DNA of 64,000 bases from a virus: the IMG/VR virus record IMGVR_UViG_3300045988_109049. The stretch is one strand, 5' to 3'. Shown here one piece after another: positions 62,690 through 64,000 of the stretch. The position numbers and the translations under genes were made by a program. The stretch's first letter is position 1. Every line of letters begins with the position of its first letter. The notes below the pieces were generated by a model that ran no database searches, was not told the DNA's origin, and worked only from the letters and a program-made list of their open reading frames with translations.

Positions 62690-63134
62690 AAGAAAATATC
62701 TTGGAGATACTTATACAATAGGAGACTTATACATAGATGGAAAGTTCTTTTCTAATACTCTTGAAGATGTAGATAGAGGCTTAGATAGCTCAATGACCAT
62801 AGAGGAAATTAAGGGTAAGAAGATATATGGAAATACGGCTATTCCTAAAGGAGTTTATGAGATTACTTTAGATATAATAAGTTCTAAATTTAAGAATAGA
62901 TCATGGGCTAAATTCTGTAATGGAAAACTACCTAGATTGCTTAATGTAAAAGGTTATGAAGGAGTTCTTATTCATGTAGGAAACAATAGTAGTGATACTC
63001 TTGGATGTATTCTGGTTGGAGAGAATACTAGTAAGGGAGTTATTACTAATAGTACTATTACATTTAAGAAGCTTTATTCATATCTTCTAGTAGCTAAGGA
63101 AAAAGGAGATAAGTTAACTATTAAAATAGAGTGA
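62673..63134 (+). CDS. YkuD-like/DUF5675-type putative cell-wall peptidase (endolysin candidate)
   Basis: TIGDLYIDGKFFSNTLED...IPKGVYEI...GVLIHVGNNSSDTLGCILVG carries an H...GC catalytic signature like L,D-transpeptidase-fold enzymes. Confidence 0.5.
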   Translation: MELSLRRKYLGDTYTIGDLYIDGKFFSNTLEDVDRGLDSSMTIEEIKGKKIYGNTAIPKGVYEITLDIISSKFKNRSWAKFCNGKLPRLLNVKGYEGVLIHVGNNSSDTLGCILVGENTSKGVITNSTITFKKLYSYLLVAKEKGDKLTIKIE

Positions 63135-63293
63135 TCAATATGAAAAGAAGTGGATGTAAAGGAAAAGGTAAAGGTAAAAAAGGTAAAGGTAAATAATTAT
63201 GGGAAGACCTAGAGCACTAAATGGCACAACTGGAGCTTCTTCTCTTAGAAGAAGAAGAGAGTTGAAGAGAAAAAAGAAGAAATAAGATTTGCC

Positions 63294-63671
63294 ATGAGAA
63301 GAATAGTTATCTATAAATTGGAATTAATCTGTATAAAGTATATTCCAATAATTGTAGCTCTCCTTAGTTTACTAGATAATATATTAATGTACTATGATAT
63401 TAGCTTAGATATACTTTCATATATTGCTGGTACATCTATATTAACTACTATTCCAATGTATATTAGTAGTTATATTTACAAATTTTGTAAATATCATAGG
63501 ATGTTTATACATTATATAGTAGTAAACAAAGTAATAGCAATGGTAGATAACTACATCATAATACCTTTAAGTGATTTCTACCTGTTATTATCTAATATGA
63601 TAATAGCAGGTATATTTTTATTTTTTGTATTGTACTTTCACTTAAAATATGGAGGGAGAAGCAATGATTAA
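63294..63671 (+). CDS. polytopic membrane protein (about 4 TM)
   Basis: Four hydrophobic stretches. Confidence 0.6.
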   Translation: MRRIVIYKLELICIKYIPIIVALLSLLDNILMYYDISLDILSYIAGTSILTTIPMYISSYIYKFCKYHRMFIHYIVVNKVIAMVDNYIIIPLSDFYLLLSNMIIAGIFLFFVLYFHLKYGGRSND

Positions 63672-64000
63672 TCTAATTAAAGAATATTTACTGAAGTTGG
63701 TAGATAATATTGATGCTGGAAATTCTAATTTGACGGAAGATGAAACAATTAAATTAATTTCTGTACTGAAAGAATTAACTGATAGGGAAAGAAGATTAAG
63801 TAAATATGAGTCTTGTAGATATTTAAATGTTAGTAGAGCAACATTTGATAACTATGTAAGAGCTGGAAAATTACCTAGAGGTGAACATATAGCAGGATTT
63901 AAAGAATTAAGTTGGTCCAGAAAAGACCTTGATGAATTCATCCAGAAGAGTAAAAGTAATCACAGCTTGCGCAGCAAGCTAGAATCACAGCTTGCGCAGC
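63664..64000 (+). CDS. HTH (excisionase/MerR-like) DNA-binding protein, partial at window end
   Basis: My translation: MINLIKEYLLKLVDNIDAG...SCRYLNVSRATFDNYVRAGKLPRGEHIAG... It stays open to base 64000. Confidence 0.55.
   Translation, partial: MINLIKEYLLKLVDNIDAGNSNLTEDETIKLISVLKELTDRERRLSKYESCRYLNVSRATFDNYVRAGKLPRGEHIAGFKELSWSRKDLDEFIQKSKSNHSLRSKLESQLAQ

Noticed and set aside
1-64000. CRISPR arrays, integrase/attachment sites, transposases.
   Set aside because: No regularly spaced direct repeats were found, and no tyrosine or serine recombinase or DDE motifs were recognised. The only mobile elements seen are introns and homing endonucleases. The HTH protein at 63664 is not evidence for lysogeny on its own.

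Overview
By eye this is an AT-rich dsDNA phage segment with the gene content of a crAss-like (Crassvirales) Bacteroidota phage. Bases 1-45026 form a minus-strand replication and nucleotide-metabolism module: a giant RNAP-like protein, ThyX, thioredoxin, PolA, dUTPase, NrdJ, nucleases, UDG, primase, a DnaB-like helicase, an SNF2 helicase and many small ORFs. A divergent regulatory junction sits at about 45027-45582. From 45583 a plus-strand late module carries GroES-like and HU-like proteins, TerL, portal, fibre-like and LRR proteins, and a lysis cassette.

Four genes (RNAP, PolA, UDG, AAA ATPase) are split by group I introns that carry homing-endonuclease ORFs. A fifth group I ribozyme core lies in non-coding DNA, antisense to an HNH gene. 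I folded three tRNAs by hand.

The most unusual content is a tightly coupled operon at about 25236-30008. It encodes a ThiF/E1-like adenylating enzyme, a JAMM/MPN+ (JAB) metalloprotease, a candidate beta-grasp ubiquitin-like protein and two unknown partners. This looks like a phage-borne Ubl conjugation or deconjugation system.

Other notable items are a poly-G tract that appears to gate translation of a late structural protein, a HicA-like toxin, a Panacea-domain protein, a membrane-anchored retropepsin and an SPFH lipoprotein. All calls rest on motifs read by eye. No similarity searches were run.
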